Shown: positions 29,944 to 40,197 of the stretch, piece by piece
Numbering within the stretch: the stretch's first letter is position 1
How the letters are laid out: every line of letters begins with the position of its first letter
From: Acidobacteria bacterium bin61
Lineage (GTDB): Bacteria > Acidobacteriota > Vicinamibacteria > Marinacidobacterales > Marinacidobacteraceae
Direction of reading: 5' to 3'
Assembly (NCBI GenBank): GCA_002238705.1
Contig: MPMW01000002.1
Coordinates: 462-64,461, forward strand
DNA: 64,000 nt
Notes under the pieces: generated by a model
What the model saw: only the letters and a program-made list of their open reading frames with translations
Told to the model about the DNA's origin: nothing
Databases searched by the model: none
Position numbers and translations under genes: made by a program

Positions 29944-30911
29944 CTCCTGCCGGAAGTCGCCGCCGGAGGACGCGGCGGGTCCTTTGCTGGTTGGCGGCAG
30001 TCCTCCTGCTCGTCGCCTTGTCGATCCCGACGGCGATCGGGGTGCTTCTCGCGAGCTTTTCGGGCACCCGCCCCCAGGACCGGGCGGATCGCGCGACTCC
30101 CGGAGACTACGGAGCCTCGTACCGAACCGTTTACCTGGAGAGCGAAGATGGGGTGCGGCTTGCTTCCTGGTTGCTTCGCGCCCGGGATCCGGAGGGTTGT
30201 TCCGTGGTTCTCGCTCACGGCCTGTTCCGGTCGCGGCGTGAGGTTCTGAAGCGCGCTGCGTATCTGTCGGGGCGCGGGTGCAATGCCCTGACCCTTGATC
30301 TCAGGCGCCACGGCGACAGCGGCGGGACCCGTACGAGCCTCGGTTTCTTCGAGGGCCTCGATGTGTTGGCCGGAGCCCGGTTCCTCCGGCGTGAGTTCCC
30401 GGGGGACCGTCTCTACCTGCTCGGCGTCTCGATGGGAGGGGCGGCAGCCGCGCGCGCGGGAGTCGCGATCGTGGACGACATCTCGGGGGTGGTCCTCGAC
30501 AGCACCTTCAGGAACGTTCCCCAGGTGATCGATCGCTATGCCGATCTGCTGGTTGGCCTCCCGCCTTTTCCGGCCGGTGACCTGACCCTGCTCGGGCTCC
30601 GCCTTGCCGCCGGCTTCGAACCGCGGGAAATGGACGTGGAGAGGTTCTCCGCCCGCCTGGGGGCAGTTGGGGTCCCGATCCTGGTCATTGCCGGCGATGC
30701 GGACCGAAGGGCTCCACTCCAGGTGCAGGAAGCGGTGTTCGGGGCGAACGGTCACCCCGACAGCCTGATGATCGTGGTCGAGGGCGCCACGCATGGGCGC
30801 CCGTGCATCCTGAAACCCAGCGCGTGCCGAATGGCGCTCGCGGATTTCCTCGATCTCGCGCCGGAGGACGCCGGCAGTTCAGGGAAACTGCTCTACGATC
30901 CCGGGATATGA
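29940..30911 (+). CDS. alpha/beta hydrolase with N-terminal membrane anchor
   Basis: ATG at 29940 overlaps the MFS stop (ATGA). TM anchor VLCWLAAVLLLVALSIPTAIGVLLA. Nucleophile elbow GVSMGG. Downstream Asp and His (ATHGRP) complete a catalytic triad. Confidence 0.8.
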   Translation: MTPAGSRRRRTRRVLCWLAAVLLLVALSIPTAIGVLLASFSGTRPQDRADRATPGDYGASYRTVYLESEDGVRLASWLLRARDPEGCSVVLAHGLFRSRREVLKRAAYLSGRGCNALTLDLRRHGDSGGTRTSLGFFEGLDVLAGARFLRREFPGDRLYLLGVSMGGAAAARAGVAIVDDISGVVLDSTFRNVPQVIDRYADLLVGLPPFPAGDLTLLGLRLAAGFEPREMDVERFSARLGAVGVPILVIAGDADRRAPLQVQEAVFGANGHPDSLMIVVEGATHGRPCILKPSACRMALADFLDLAPEDAGSSGKLLYDPGI

Positions 30912-32338
30912 GGGGAAACGGCGCTCCCGACCTGAACCTCGAGAGAAGCGTTCAGGGCCTGGTTCATGAAGCGGCGCGGGCACTGCAGCTTCCGGAGGGG
31001 CTCCTCCAACAGATCTGTGTCACCGATTCGATCTACTACACGCGTTTTCCGGTCAAGTTCGGGAATCGCGTGGAGGTGTTTTCCGGCTGGCGGGCGGAGC
31101 ACAGTCATCATCGCCATCCCCTGAAGGGCGGGCTCCGCTACAGCCCGCTCGTGAACCAGCAGGAGATCAGTGCGCTTTCGGCGTTGATGACCTACAAGTG
31201 CGCCATCGTCAACGTGCCCTTTGGCGGTTCGAAGGGCGGAATCGCTCTTGATCCGCGCCGTTACAGCGCGGAGCAGGTGGAGCGCATCACCCGTCGCTAC
31301 ACGGCCGAGCTGATCCGGAAGAACTTCATCGGTCCCGGCGTCAATGTCCCGGCGCCCGACCTCGGCACCGGAGCGCGTGAAATGGCCTGGATCGCGGACA
31401 CCTACGACGCGATGCACCCGGGCGGGATCGACAATTTCGCCAGTGTCACCGGCAAGCCGGTGACCCAGGGCGGAATTCGTGGGCGCGAGGACGCCACCGG
31501 ACGCGGCGTCGTGCTCGGCCTGGCCCGCGGCCTCGACTTCGTCGAAGACTTCCCCGGTACCGGCCTGACCCGCGGGCTGCCGGGCAAACGGGTGGCCATT
31601 CAGGGGTTCGGGAACGTCGGCTTCCACACCGCCGACATCCTCGTTCGGCGCGGCGCCAAGGTGGTCGCCATCGGCGAGTGGGACACCACCATTGTGGCGC
31701 GGTCCGGCTCGGGTATTTCGGTGCCGGATGTCGTGGAGTGGCGCCGGGTACACGGCACGATCAAGGGGTTCCCCGACGCGGAAGAAGAGTTGCCCTCCGA
31801 AGCGATCCTGACCGTGGAGTGCGACGTCCTGATCCCGGCGGCGGTGGAAAACGTGATTCACGCCGGAACCGCCCCGCTGGTCAAGGCAAAGCTGGTTGCC
31901 GAGGCGGCGAACGGGCCGACCACGCCGGAGGGTGACCGTATCCTCCGGGAGCGTGGCATTCCGGTGATCCCGGACGTCTATCTGAACGCCGGAGGGGTCG
32001 TCGTCTCCTATTTCGAGTGGGCGCGAAATCTCTCTCACATGCGATTCGGCCTGCTCGAGAAACGACTTGAAATCGCCAATACGAACGCGTTGCTGAATGC
32101 CGCCGAGACACTTTCCGGAAAGCGGTTGAGTATGGAGATGCGCCGGAACCTGGTTACCCAGTCCGACGAAAAGGAACTCGTGGTCAGCGGGCTCGAAGAG
32201 AAAATGACGCGCGCCTACGACGAAATCCGCGACGCCCGAACCCGATTCCCGGAATGCGGCACCCTGCGGACCGCGGCCTACATCGTGGCCCTCGAAAAGA
32301 TTCGACGTTCGTACGAGGAACTCGGGATATTCCCCTAG
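30908..32338 (+). CDS. gdhA: glutamate dehydrogenase (Glu/Leu/Phe/Val dehydrogenase family)
   Basis: Active-site region KCAIVNVPFGGSKGGI. NAD(P) Rossmann GFGNVG. ATG at 30908 overlaps the hydrolase stop (ATGA). Confidence 0.9.
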   Translation: MRGNGAPDLNLERSVQGLVHEAARALQLPEGLLQQICVTDSIYYTRFPVKFGNRVEVFSGWRAEHSHHRHPLKGGLRYSPLVNQQEISALSALMTYKCAIVNVPFGGSKGGIALDPRRYSAEQVERITRRYTAELIRKNFIGPGVNVPAPDLGTGAREMAWIADTYDAMHPGGIDNFASVTGKPVTQGGIRGREDATGRGVVLGLARGLDFVEDFPGTGLTRGLPGKRVAIQGFGNVGFHTADILVRRGAKVVAIGEWDTTIVARSGSGISVPDVVEWRRVHGTIKGFPDAEEELPSEAILTVECDVLIPAAVENVIHAGTAPLVKAKLVAEAANGPTTPEGDRILRERGIPVIPDVYLNAGGVVVSYFEWARNLSHMRFGLLEKRLEIANTNALLNAAETLSGKRLSMEMRRNLVTQSDEKELVVSGLEEKMTRAYDEIRDARTRFPECGTLRTAAYIVALEKIRRSYEELGIFP

Positions 32339-32366
32339 TTCCGATGGGCCTCGAGACCCTCGCCTG

Positions 32367-32900
32367 ATGACGATTGCCAATCAACTCACCGTTCTCCGGC
32401 TGCTGCTGGCTCCGGTTGTCGTCATCTGCGTCCTCTACGGGCGCTTCGGGCTGGCGCTGGGAGCGCTCGTGCTGGCCGGGTTGACCGACATGATGGACGG
32501 GGCGCTTGCCCGCCGTCTCGGGGAGAACAGCGACCTCGGAGCGCTCCTCGATCCTCTCGCCGACAAGGTGCTGATCGTTTCGGCGGTGGTGACGCTGGCG
32601 GCGCCGATCGAGGCCGTGTCGGTACGTATTCCGGCCTGGGTAGCGATCATGGTGTTGTCCCGGGACGCCACGATTCTGTTCGTGGCCGGGGCCTACAACC
32701 TGGCGGTCGAGCGACGGTATTTCGCTCCCAGCCGGCTGGGCAAGGCGGCGACGGTGATCAACGTGGTCGGGATTCTGTGGTTCCTGGTGGCCAACCTCTA
32801 CCGGGTGGACAGCATTGTTACGCCGCTGCTGCTGGCGTCCATGGTGACCCTGACGGTGATCACCTCGCTCCAGTACCTCTGGCGCGTCCGCCTTCTCTAG
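32367..32900 (+). CDS. CDP-alcohol phosphatidyltransferase (second PgsA-like paralog)
   Basis: 177 aa. Motif TDMMDGALARRLGENSDLGALLDPLADK. Lies 28 nt downstream of gdh. Confidence 0.8.
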   Translation: MTIANQLTVLRLLLAPVVVICVLYGRFGLALGALVLAGLTDMMDGALARRLGENSDLGALLDPLADKVLIVSAVVTLAAPIEAVSVRIPAWVAIMVLSRDATILFVAGAYNLAVERRYFAPSRLGKAATVINVVGILWFLVANLYRVDSIVTPLLLASMVTLTVITSLQYLWRVRLL

Positions 32901-32928
32901 TCGCTGCGAAGAGAGTGCGGAGTTCGCA

Positions 32929-34734
32929 CTACTTGCGGCTCCGCAGTTGAGGAAGCAGGCCGAGCAGCGCGAGTCCGGCGCCCGCCAGCCGAAGCAGGGA
33001 ATCCGGGAATAGCAGGAGCAGCGCCGCGGCGGCGAGAACCAGGCGTCCGGCCCGGGAGACGGAGCGAAAACCGTGTCCGTACAAGGCAAGCGCCGTCGCC
33101 CCCATGGCGAGCAGGCCGCTGAGGAAGGCCAGACCCTGGGCGGGACCCAGGGGCTCGCCCGCACCCGGGAGCAGCGGGGTATACGCCATGAGCAACGGAA
33201 CCATGAAGAGACCGGCGGCGAGCCGCACCGCCTGGAAGGCGGTCGGCATGGGGCGGCCCCCGGCGACGCCCGCCCCCGCGAAGGCGGCAAGCGCGATGGG
33301 TGGGGTCACGTTGGAGGTCTGGGACAGCCAGAAGAGGATGAGGTGCGCCGTCAGCAGGGGGACCCCGAGGCCGGTCAGCGCGGGAGCGGCAACCACGGCG
33401 ACGACGATGTAGGCCGCGGTCACGGGGAGACCCATCCCCAGAATCAGCGCGACGAGCGCGGAGAGGCCCAGGGCGGGAAGAAGCGCTCCCTGGGAAGCGC
33501 TCAGCAGCAGCTCGGCGAACTGGAGCCCCACGCCCGTCTGCCCGATCACCCCGACCACGATTCCGGCAGCCGCGCAGGCAAGCGACACCGGGACGGCGGT
33601 GACGGCGCCCTGCGCCAGCCCCTCGAGCAGTTGCCTCGGTCCCACCCGCGTCCGCCGCCGGAGCGCGCCGGTCACGACGACGGCGAGACACCCCGCGGCG
33701 CCTACGAGCGGCGGCGAGTAGTTCATGAGGAGCAGGGCCACGACCACGGCGACCGCGGCGAGAAAGTGCGCGCCCTCGGCGAGGGTGGCGAGAACCCGGG
33801 GGCGCGAGGGCATGGCCTCGATCCCGCGCCGCACCGCGAGTCCGTGGACGAAAAAGAGGGTTCCGGCGAAGAACAGCACCGCGGGCAGGAGCGACACCAG
33901 GACGATCCGCGGATACGGAGTGTTGGTGAGTTCGGCCATCAGGAAGGCGCCCGCTCCCATGATCGGCGGCATCAGTTGGCCCCCCGTGGAGGCGGCTGCC
34001 TCGATTCCGCCGGCCTCCTCGCGCGAGAAGCCGAGGCGCTTCATCATGGGGATCGTGAGCGCCCCGGTCGTTACCGTGTTGGCGATGGCGGAGCCGGAAA
34101 CCGAGCCGAGCGCCGCGGAGGCCACCACCGCCGCCTTCGCTGGCCCGCCTCGCGCTCTCCCCGCGGCGGCGAAGGCCAGGTTGATGAAGAACCGGCCGCC
34201 GCCCGTGCATTCGAGCAGGGCGCCGAAGAGGACGAACACGAAGACCGTGCTGCTCGCCACCCCGATGGGAAGCCCGAAGAGTCCGGCTCCGGTGAAGACC
34301 TCGAAGCGCACGATCCGCTCGAGTTCGAAACCGCGGTGCGCCAGGATGCCGGGAAGGGAGGCGCCGAAGGCGTTGTAGGCGAGGAAGACGACGACCACCG
34401 AGGTCATGACCGCGCCCACCCGCCGGCGGGTGGCTTCGAGCAGCAGCCCGATCAGAGCGACGCCGGCGGCAAGGTCGGCGGGGTTCAGCCCGTAGAGAAT
34501 GTGGTCGATCCCCTGGCGGTCGAAACGGATGACCATGATTCCGGCGGCGACGGAAAGCCCGGCCAGCAGGAGATCGGCGGTGCGTTCCCGCCGCGGCCGG
34601 CCGGCAGCGCTGGCCAGGAAGCCGAGCGCCAGGATCCAGGTCAGGTGGATCGGCCGCATCCAGGTAGCGCCGAGGGTGCCGAAAACGGCCTGCCAGAGCT
34701 GAAACAGCGAGAGGGCGGCCCCGGTCAGCAGCAC
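32929..34734 (-). CDS. TRAP transporter fused permease (TAXI-type DctQM-like)
   Basis: 601 aa, highly hydrophobic, with the many-TM architecture and GxxG loops of fused TRAP permeases. Lies downstream of the TAXI receptor. The start is a GTG. The alternative-frame 670-aa ORF on the same strand is spurious. Confidence 0.85.
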   Translation of the reverse strand: MLLTGAALSLFQLWQAVFGTLGATWMRPIHLTWILALGFLASAAGRPRRERTADLLLAGLSVAAGIMVIRFDRQGIDHILYGLNPADLAAGVALIGLLLEATRRRVGAVMTSVVVVFLAYNAFGASLPGILAHRGFELERIVRFEVFTGAGLFGLPIGVASSTVFVFVLFGALLECTGGGRFFINLAFAAAGRARGGPAKAAVVASAALGSVSGSAIANTVTTGALTIPMMKRLGFSREEAGGIEAAASTGGQLMPPIMGAGAFLMAELTNTPYPRIVLVSLLPAVLFFAGTLFFVHGLAVRRGIEAMPSRPRVLATLAEGAHFLAAVAVVVALLLMNYSPPLVGAAGCLAVVVTGALRRRTRVGPRQLLEGLAQGAVTAVPVSLACAAAGIVVGVIGQTGVGLQFAELLLSASQGALLPALGLSALVALILGMGLPVTAAYIVVAVVAAPALTGLGVPLLTAHLILFWLSQTSNVTPPIALAAFAGAGVAGGRPMPTAFQAVRLAAGLFMVPLLMAYTPLLPGAGEPLGPAQGLAFLSGLLAMGATALALYGHGFRSVSRAGRLVLAAAALLLLFPDSLLRLAGAGLALLGLLPQLRSRK

Positions 34735-34802
34735 CGGGAGGGAGAGCGCGACCCGGGGCTCCTCGGGGAGGGAAACGGTCCCGGCGGAACCCGGAGGGCC
34801 GT

Positions 34803-35786
34803 TCAGGGGAGGCTCCCGGGCGCCGTTCCGCCTCGTTCCCGCGCTTCCTCGTAGAGGGCCTCCGCTCCCGGATGGAGCGGTAGCTCGCCGATCTCACCCA
34901 GGCTTTCAAGCTGGATGAAATCCGCGTTCCGGGTGACGGAGCGGAACTCGTCGCGCCCCGTGAGGAGCGATTCCGCCAACTGTCTCGCGATGTCGGCGGG
35001 AAGATCGCGATGCACGAAGAGCATGTTCCAGAGCGAGGGGGTCAGCGTGGGCGCGTCCACCCCCCGATAGACCCCCGGCGGGACCTCGATGCCCTGGTAG
35101 GCGGCATTGGCCGTCTCGACGGCGGCGATCTCCTCCCGGGTGAACGGCACCAGGATCAGGTCTCGGGTGAGGCCGAGCTCAACCACCGATGACACCCCCA
35201 GACCCGCGGCCAGGAACACGGCGTCCACGGTACCGTCCTTGAGACCGTTGATGCTCTGGTTGTAGTTCATTTGCCGCACCCGGAATTCCTCTTCCGCGAT
35301 CCCCACCGCGCGGAGCACGTTGCGCGCGGTCACTTCATTCCCGGATCCGGGAGGCCCGAGCGAGACCCGCTTCCCCCTGAGGTCGGCCACCGACCGCACG
35401 TCCCGTCCCTCGACGCTCAGGAGATGGACGATGTTCGGATAGATGCGGCCGAGAACCGCCAGGGGCAGCGGTGCCGGAAAACGGCCCGTGCCCCGGAAGG
35501 CGTCAGCGACGGCGTCCGCCTGGCCGAACCCGATGTCGCTCTCGCCGTTGGCCACCTGAATCAGGTTCGTTACGGAACCGGCGCTGACCTCCGCCTTGAC
35601 CACGAGCCCGGGAAGGTCGCGGGTCCAACGGCTCGCCATCGCGCCTCCGAGCGGGTAGTACACGCCGGCCGTGGTCCCGGTGGCGAGCGCCAGGGGCCGG
35701 GGGTGGTCGCCTCCGCACCCCGAGAGCAAGGCGACTCCCGCCGTGACGGCGGCCACGGTCAGCGGGCGGCGCCGGCTCGTCAACAC
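34803..35786 (-). CDS. TAXI-family TRAP transporter solute receptor (lipoprotein)
   Basis: GTG at 35786 with AGGTG 8 nt upstream. Lipoprotein signal MTSRRRPLTVAAVTAGVALLSGC. The body (GVYYPLGGAMA...RVSLGPPGSGNEVTARNVLRAVGI...) is the typical TAXI/Imp receptor. The upstream 740 aa of the ORF-track entry are spurious (that stretch is MutS in another frame). Confidence 0.8.
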   Translation of the reverse strand: MLTSRRRPLTVAAVTAGVALLSGCGGDHPRPLALATGTTAGVYYPLGGAMASRWTRDLPGLVVKAEVSAGSVTNLIQVANGESDIGFGQADAVADAFRGTGRFPAPLPLAVLGRIYPNIVHLLSVEGRDVRSVADLRGKRVSLGPPGSGNEVTARNVLRAVGIAEEEFRVRQMNYNQSINGLKDGTVDAVFLAAGLGVSSVVELGLTRDLILVPFTREEIAAVETANAAYQGIEVPPGVYRGVDAPTLTPSLWNMLFVHRDLPADIARQLAESLLTGRDEFRSVTRNADFIQLESLGEIGELPLHPGAEALYEEARERGGTAPGSLP

Positions 35787-35827
35787 GATCTGCGCACCTG
35801 AGTTTATGGGGGGGATGTCCGCGCCCG

Positions 35828-38587
35828 TCACCCGGACGGTGTTCCGGACTCCTCGGTCTCCACCCCACGATCGCCGTCGCCGCCGGTTCCCGCGGGTTCC
35901 AGTTGCCGCCGAAGACGATAGAGAAGATCGAGCGCCTCCCGGGGGCTGAGCCGGTCCGGATCGCAGGTTCGGATCGCCTCCGCCACCTGGTTCTCGGCAG
36001 GCTCGAGCAGCGAGTACGGACCGCCCGGCTCGGGCACGGGCAGTTTGGCCCCGCGCCCGTCGAGTCCGCCGGTGAGGCCCTCGAGGACCTCGTGCGCCCG
36101 ATGGACGACCGAACGCGGGACCCCGGCGAGTCGCGCCACCTGAATGCCGTAGCTGCGGTTCGTTCCGCCGGGAGCGACGCGGTGCAGCAACACGATCTCG
36201 TTTTGGTGTTCGCGCGCCTCGACGTGGAAGTTGACAACCCCGGTCTCGGCGCTCGCCAGTGCCGTCAGCTCGTGATAGTGGGTTGCGAAGAGCGTTTTCA
36301 TCCTGAGGCCGGGGTTGCGCGCGATGTGTTCGACGATGGCCCAGGCCAGCGAGAGGCCGTCGTAGGTGGCGGTACCGCGGCCTACCTCGTCGAGCAACAC
36401 CAGGCTGCGACTCGTGGCGTGGTGGAGGATGTGGGCTGTCTCCTCCATCTCCGTGAGAAACGTGGAGCGGCCGCGGGACAGATCGTCGGACGCTCCGACG
36501 CGCGCGAACACCCGGTCCACCACCGGCAGGCGGGCCGATTCCGCCGGAACGAACGACCCCATCTGGGCCATCACCGCGTGGAGCGCCGTCTGCCGGAGGA
36601 AGGTGGACTTTCCGCCCATGTTGGGCCCGGTCAGAATCATCAGGAAGCGGTCGGCGCCGAGACGCAGGTCGTTGGGGACGAACTCTCCGCTGGAGAGCGC
36701 CTCGACCACCGGGTGTCTTCCGGCGCGGACCTCGATCTCGAACTCCTCGTGGATCTCGGGCTTCACGTAACGATGGCTGATGGCGGTCTCGGCGAGACCC
36801 GCCGCGACATCCGCCTCCGCGAGGGCGCCCCCCGTGTCCAGAATCTCGCGGGTGGCGTCCCCGATGTCGTCTTCGAGGGACTGGAAGAGGGTGGTTTCGA
36901 GTTCGGAGATCTTCTCGTCGGCAGACGCAACCCGCGCCTCGAACTCCTTCAGTTCCTCCGTGACGTAGCGCTCCGCGCCGACGAGCGTCTGGCGGCGCAC
37001 GTAGTCCGGGGGCACGCGGCCGGCTTGCGCCTTCGGAACCTCGATCGTGTATCCGAAGACCTGGTTGTGCCTGATCTTGAGCGAGGCGATTCCGGTCCGC
37101 TGTTTCTCGCTCGTCTCCATGTTGCGGATGCACTCGCGGCCGTGAAACCGGAGTCGCCGCCGCTCGTCGAGCTCGGGAGAAAACCCTTCGCGGATGACGC
37201 CGCCGTCGCGCGCCAGGACCGGGGCCTCGGGGGAAACCGTTTGCTGGATGCGCTCGAGCGGCCCGGGGAGTTCCCGGATCCGGTCGCCGATGCTCCTGAC
37301 CGCCGGTGCGTCGGTGGCCCGGAGGGCGGCGCGCATTGCGGACGCGGTCCTGAGCCCCTCGGCGAGGCGGAGGTATTCCCGGGGGCCGGCGATCCGCAGC
37401 GCCACCCGGGAAGCGAGCCGTTCGAGGTCGGGACAGCTCGCGAGTTCCCGGGCGACGTCCTGACGCAGGTCCCGGTCGCGGGTGAACGCCTCCACCGCGA
37501 GGTGACGTTCGCGGATCCGATCCGGATCGAGGAGGGGGTGGGCGATGCGTCGCCGCAGCAGGCGGGCGCCCATCGCGGTGGCGGTCCGGTCGAGGGTCTC
37601 GACGAGAGTGGCGCCCGGCGGGCCGCCGGAATCGGCCGCCAGCGAGCGGAACAGCTCCAGATTCCGCTGGGTGACGTGGTCGATCTGCATGCGCCCGGAG
37701 GTGTCGAGGCGCTTGAGGCTGCCGATGTGGTGCAACTGGCCGCGTTGCGTCTCGGCCAGGTAGCTGATCGCGGCCCCCGCCGCGCCAATGGCGGCGGGCA
37801 TGCTCTCGATCCCGAACGATTCGAGCGAGAGCGTCCCGAAGTGACGGCGCAGCGTGTCGCGCGCGTGGTCGAACGTGAACCAGAGGTCGGGACGCACCGT
37901 GAGCAGCGGGGAATCTTCGAGGACCGGCAGGAGGCCCTGGGGTGGGTCGCCTTCCGCGACCAGCAGTTCGCGGGGCCGGAAGCCGGCCATCGCTTCGGCG
38001 CACTCACGTTGCCGGTTTGGTGAAGTGAACTCCGCGGCGGTGAAGTCTCCGGTGGAAAGGTCAACCCACGCCGCCCCCAGCCGGGGTGCGCTCCGGGTTC
38101 CGGATTCGGCTACGACCATCAGGTAGGCAGCCTCCGATCCCGCCAGATAGGCTGGATCGAGATATGTCGAAGGGGTGGCGACCCGGACGATCTCCCGCCG
38201 GACGGGTCCCTTTGACAGGCCGGGAGGCTCCACCTGTTCACAAACCGCCACCCGGACCCCGGCGCGGACGAGGCGTGCGATGTACCCCTCGGCAGCGTGG
38301 TGGGGAACCCCCGCCATCGGAATTGCCTTCCCGTCGGCATCGTTTTGCCGGGAAGTGACCGCGATCCCCAGGAGTTCGCCGGCCTGTTTGGCGTCCTCGA
38401 AGAACACTTCGTAGAAGTCCCCCATCCGGAAGAACAGCATCGCGTCTCCGGCCTCCTGCTTGATGTCGAGGTACTGCTGCATCGCGGGCGAAACGCCGCG
38501 CCCTTTCGCTTTTTCCCGCCGCGAGCGGGTGGTTGCCTCGGCCCGTGGCGGCTCGAAATCGGGGAAGAGCCGCGGGACCGTGGTCAC
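35828..38587 (-). CDS. mutS: DNA mismatch repair protein MutS
   Basis: MQQYLDIKQ...LFFRMGDFYEVFFEDA mismatch-binding N-terminus. Walker A GPNMGGKSTFLRQ. C-terminal HTH. The longest start is a GTG at 38587; an alternative is ATG 38482 at MQQYL. Confidence 0.9.
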   Translation of the reverse strand: MTTVPRLFPDFEPPRAEATTRSRREKAKGRGVSPAMQQYLDIKQEAGDAMLFFRMGDFYEVFFEDAKQAGELLGIAVTSRQNDADGKAIPMAGVPHHAAEGYIARLVRAGVRVAVCEQVEPPGLSKGPVRREIVRVATPSTYLDPAYLAGSEAAYLMVVAESGTRSAPRLGAAWVDLSTGDFTAAEFTSPNRQRECAEAMAGFRPRELLVAEGDPPQGLLPVLEDSPLLTVRPDLWFTFDHARDTLRRHFGTLSLESFGIESMPAAIGAAGAAISYLAETQRGQLHHIGSLKRLDTSGRMQIDHVTQRNLELFRSLAADSGGPPGATLVETLDRTATAMGARLLRRRIAHPLLDPDRIRERHLAVEAFTRDRDLRQDVARELASCPDLERLASRVALRIAGPREYLRLAEGLRTASAMRAALRATDAPAVRSIGDRIRELPGPLERIQQTVSPEAPVLARDGGVIREGFSPELDERRRLRFHGRECIRNMETSEKQRTGIASLKIRHNQVFGYTIEVPKAQAGRVPPDYVRRQTLVGAERYVTEELKEFEARVASADEKISELETTLFQSLEDDIGDATREILDTGGALAEADVAAGLAETAISHRYVKPEIHEEFEIEVRAGRHPVVEALSSGEFVPNDLRLGADRFLMILTGPNMGGKSTFLRQTALHAVMAQMGSFVPAESARLPVVDRVFARVGASDDLSRGRSTFLTEMEETAHILHHATSRSLVLLDEVGRGTATYDGLSLAWAIVEHIARNPGLRMKTLFATHYHELTALASAETGVVNFHVEAREHQNEIVLLHRVAPGGTNRSYGIQVARLAGVPRSVVHRAHEVLEGLTGGLDGRGAKLPVPEPGGPYSLLEPAENQVAEAIRTCDPDRLSPREALDLLYRLRRQLEPAGTGGDGDRGVETEESGTPSG

Positions 38588-38716
38588 GCGGCGATTGTGT
38601 CGCGGAGTCGACTGTTCTTGAAAGGGAAAACGCCCTGCCGTGCCGGTTCATCCTGTCGCGCCGGAAACGGCCACTGCCGATATCCGGCGAATGCCGGGAG
38701 TAGGATTGGGGTCGCC

Positions 38717-39454
38717 TTGCCAGAGCTCGAGTCCGAACCCGTCGCGGGAGCGCGGATCACCGGGCCGGTACTGGCGCTCGACACCACGGGCACGCTGGGC
38801 AGCGTAGCTCTGGGGCTGGCCGGGGTGGACGGCGCCGTTGCCGGGGAGGTTGTCGAGACATTCGGACCCTCGAACCTTCACTCGCGGAGTCTCCTGCCTG
38901 CGATCCGGAGAGTGATGGGCGAGGCAGGGGTCGAAACCGGGGACCTGGCCCTGCTGGTAGCGACCCGGGGACCGGGTTCCTTCACCGGCCTCCGGATTGG
39001 TCTCGCGACCGCTCAGGGGTTTGCGCTGGCCGCGGGAACTCGGGCAGCGGGGATCTCGAGTCTCGACGCCGCGGCCCTCGCCGACGCGGCTGCAGACGGT
39101 TCCCGGCTCCGCCGCCTGGTGGTCGTGGACGCGCTGCGGGGCGAACTCTTCGCGGCCCTCTACGACGGGATGGGCCCGGAGAAGCTCGTTTCCGGACCCT
39201 GCCGCCTGTTGCCGAAGGACAGCGTGCGCCGGGCAACGGAGCACGGCGCCGCGAGGATTTGCGGTCCGGGTGTGCTCCGCTACCGCAGCGCCATGGTTTC
39301 CCCGGAGGTGGACATCGAGATCGTGGAAGACCGGCGCGCGCTGGCCCCGGCGGCGCTTCGGCTGGGACTTCAGGCGGCCCGGCGCGGCGAACCTGCGCTC
39401 GAGCCGCTGTATCTCCGGGAGCCGGACATTCACGACCGTTCCGTTACCCTATAG
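38717..39454 (+). CDS. tsaB: tRNA threonylcarbamoyladenosine biosynthesis protein TsaB (inactive Kae1/YeaZ homolog)
   Basis: VLALDTTGTLGSVAL...LLVATRGPGSFTGLRIGLATAQGFALA is the YeaZ signature. Start set at a TTG (uncertain). The upstream part of the ORF-track entry overlaps mutS and is spurious. Confidence 0.75.
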   Translation: MPELESEPVAGARITGPVLALDTTGTLGSVALGLAGVDGAVAGEVVETFGPSNLHSRSLLPAIRRVMGEAGVETGDLALLVATRGPGSFTGLRIGLATAQGFALAAGTRAAGISSLDAAALADAAADGSRLRRLVVVDALRGELFAALYDGMGPEKLVSGPCRLLPKDSVRRATEHGAARICGPGVLRYRSAMVSPEVDIEIVEDRRALAPAALRLGLQAARRGEPALEPLYLREPDIHDRSVTL

Positions 39455-39754
39455 GCCTAGTGTGGTGTCCCGGAAATGGTGCGAGCCACCGAGAGCGGCG
39501 AGGCGCCCGGCTGACAAGACGCGAATCGGGAGGAATGCCGAGCGTATTCCGACTGATTCGGAACGCCGAGCGCAGCGGGTCAGCCGGACTCACACCGGGA
39601 GAAACGGGCATCGCCGCTCGCTTCCGGAGCGGGGCGAGAGCCCCGCGGAGACCCCTTGAGCGCGAGGGACGGAGGTTGGCGCCCAGCCAACCTCCATTCC
39701 TCGTGGCTCGGGCATGCCGTACCATTTCCGGGACACTGCACGGGCAGCCTGTGG
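39455..39754 (+). repeat. MITE-like intergenic repeat, copy D (ADE subfamily, + orientation, with ~130-bp internal insertion)
   Basis: Starts immediately after the tsaB TAG. Left TIR gcctagtgtggtgtcccggaaatgg. Right TIR ccatttccgggacactgcacgggcagcctgtgg. Core ...cccggctgacaagacgcgaatcgggaggaatgccgagcgtattccgactgattcggaacgccgagcgcagcgggtcagccgg... Confidence 0.8.
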
Positions 39755-39898
39755 AAAACATCGCCGGTCAGCGGGCCCACCGGGAGAACCCGGCCTCGCC
39801 ATTCTCGTTGCTCACTTCACTTGCTCAACGGGCTGCTTGTTGATGATTTTCCGAAGCGGTTCCGGACGTGGAAACCGGACAGCTTCCTGGAGGCGTTC

Positions 39899-40144
39899 AT
39901 GAAACAAGAAGATCAGATCGAGACGGCTACCCGCCCTGCAGCCCCTCCGGAACCGGCTGCGTCATCCGCGGCAATGCCCGATCTTGAGGAACTGATCCGG
40001 CAGCATCGGGAACTCGACGAACAACTGCAGGAACTCGCCGGGTCCGGTCACCTTTCCCCCCTCCAGCAGCACGAAGCTGCGGTGATGAAGAAGCGCAAGT
40101 TGGCCCTCAAGGACCGGATCGCCGTCCTCGCTGCCTCCTCGTGA
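39899..40144 (+). CDS. DUF465/YdcH-family small protein
   Basis: 81 aa from ATG 39899. HRELDEQLQEL...LSPLQQHEAAVMKKRKLALKDRIAVL matches the YdcH pattern. Confidence 0.6.
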   Translation: MKQEDQIETATRPAAPPEPAASSAAMPDLEELIRQHRELDEQLQELAGSGHLSPLQQHEAAVMKKRKLALKDRIAVLAASS

Positions 40145-40197
40145 CGGCCTGCAACCCCTGACCTGACGCGTTACGCGGCACCCGGCCGCCGAGGTAC

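Noticed and set aside
35787-38003. The N-terminal ~740 aa of the 1066-aa ORF 34803-38003, which would make the TAXI receptor a giant protein.
   Set aside because: That stretch is MutS read in another frame on the same strand. The TAXI receptor begins at a GTG (35786) with an AGGTG RBS and a lipoprotein signal peptide.
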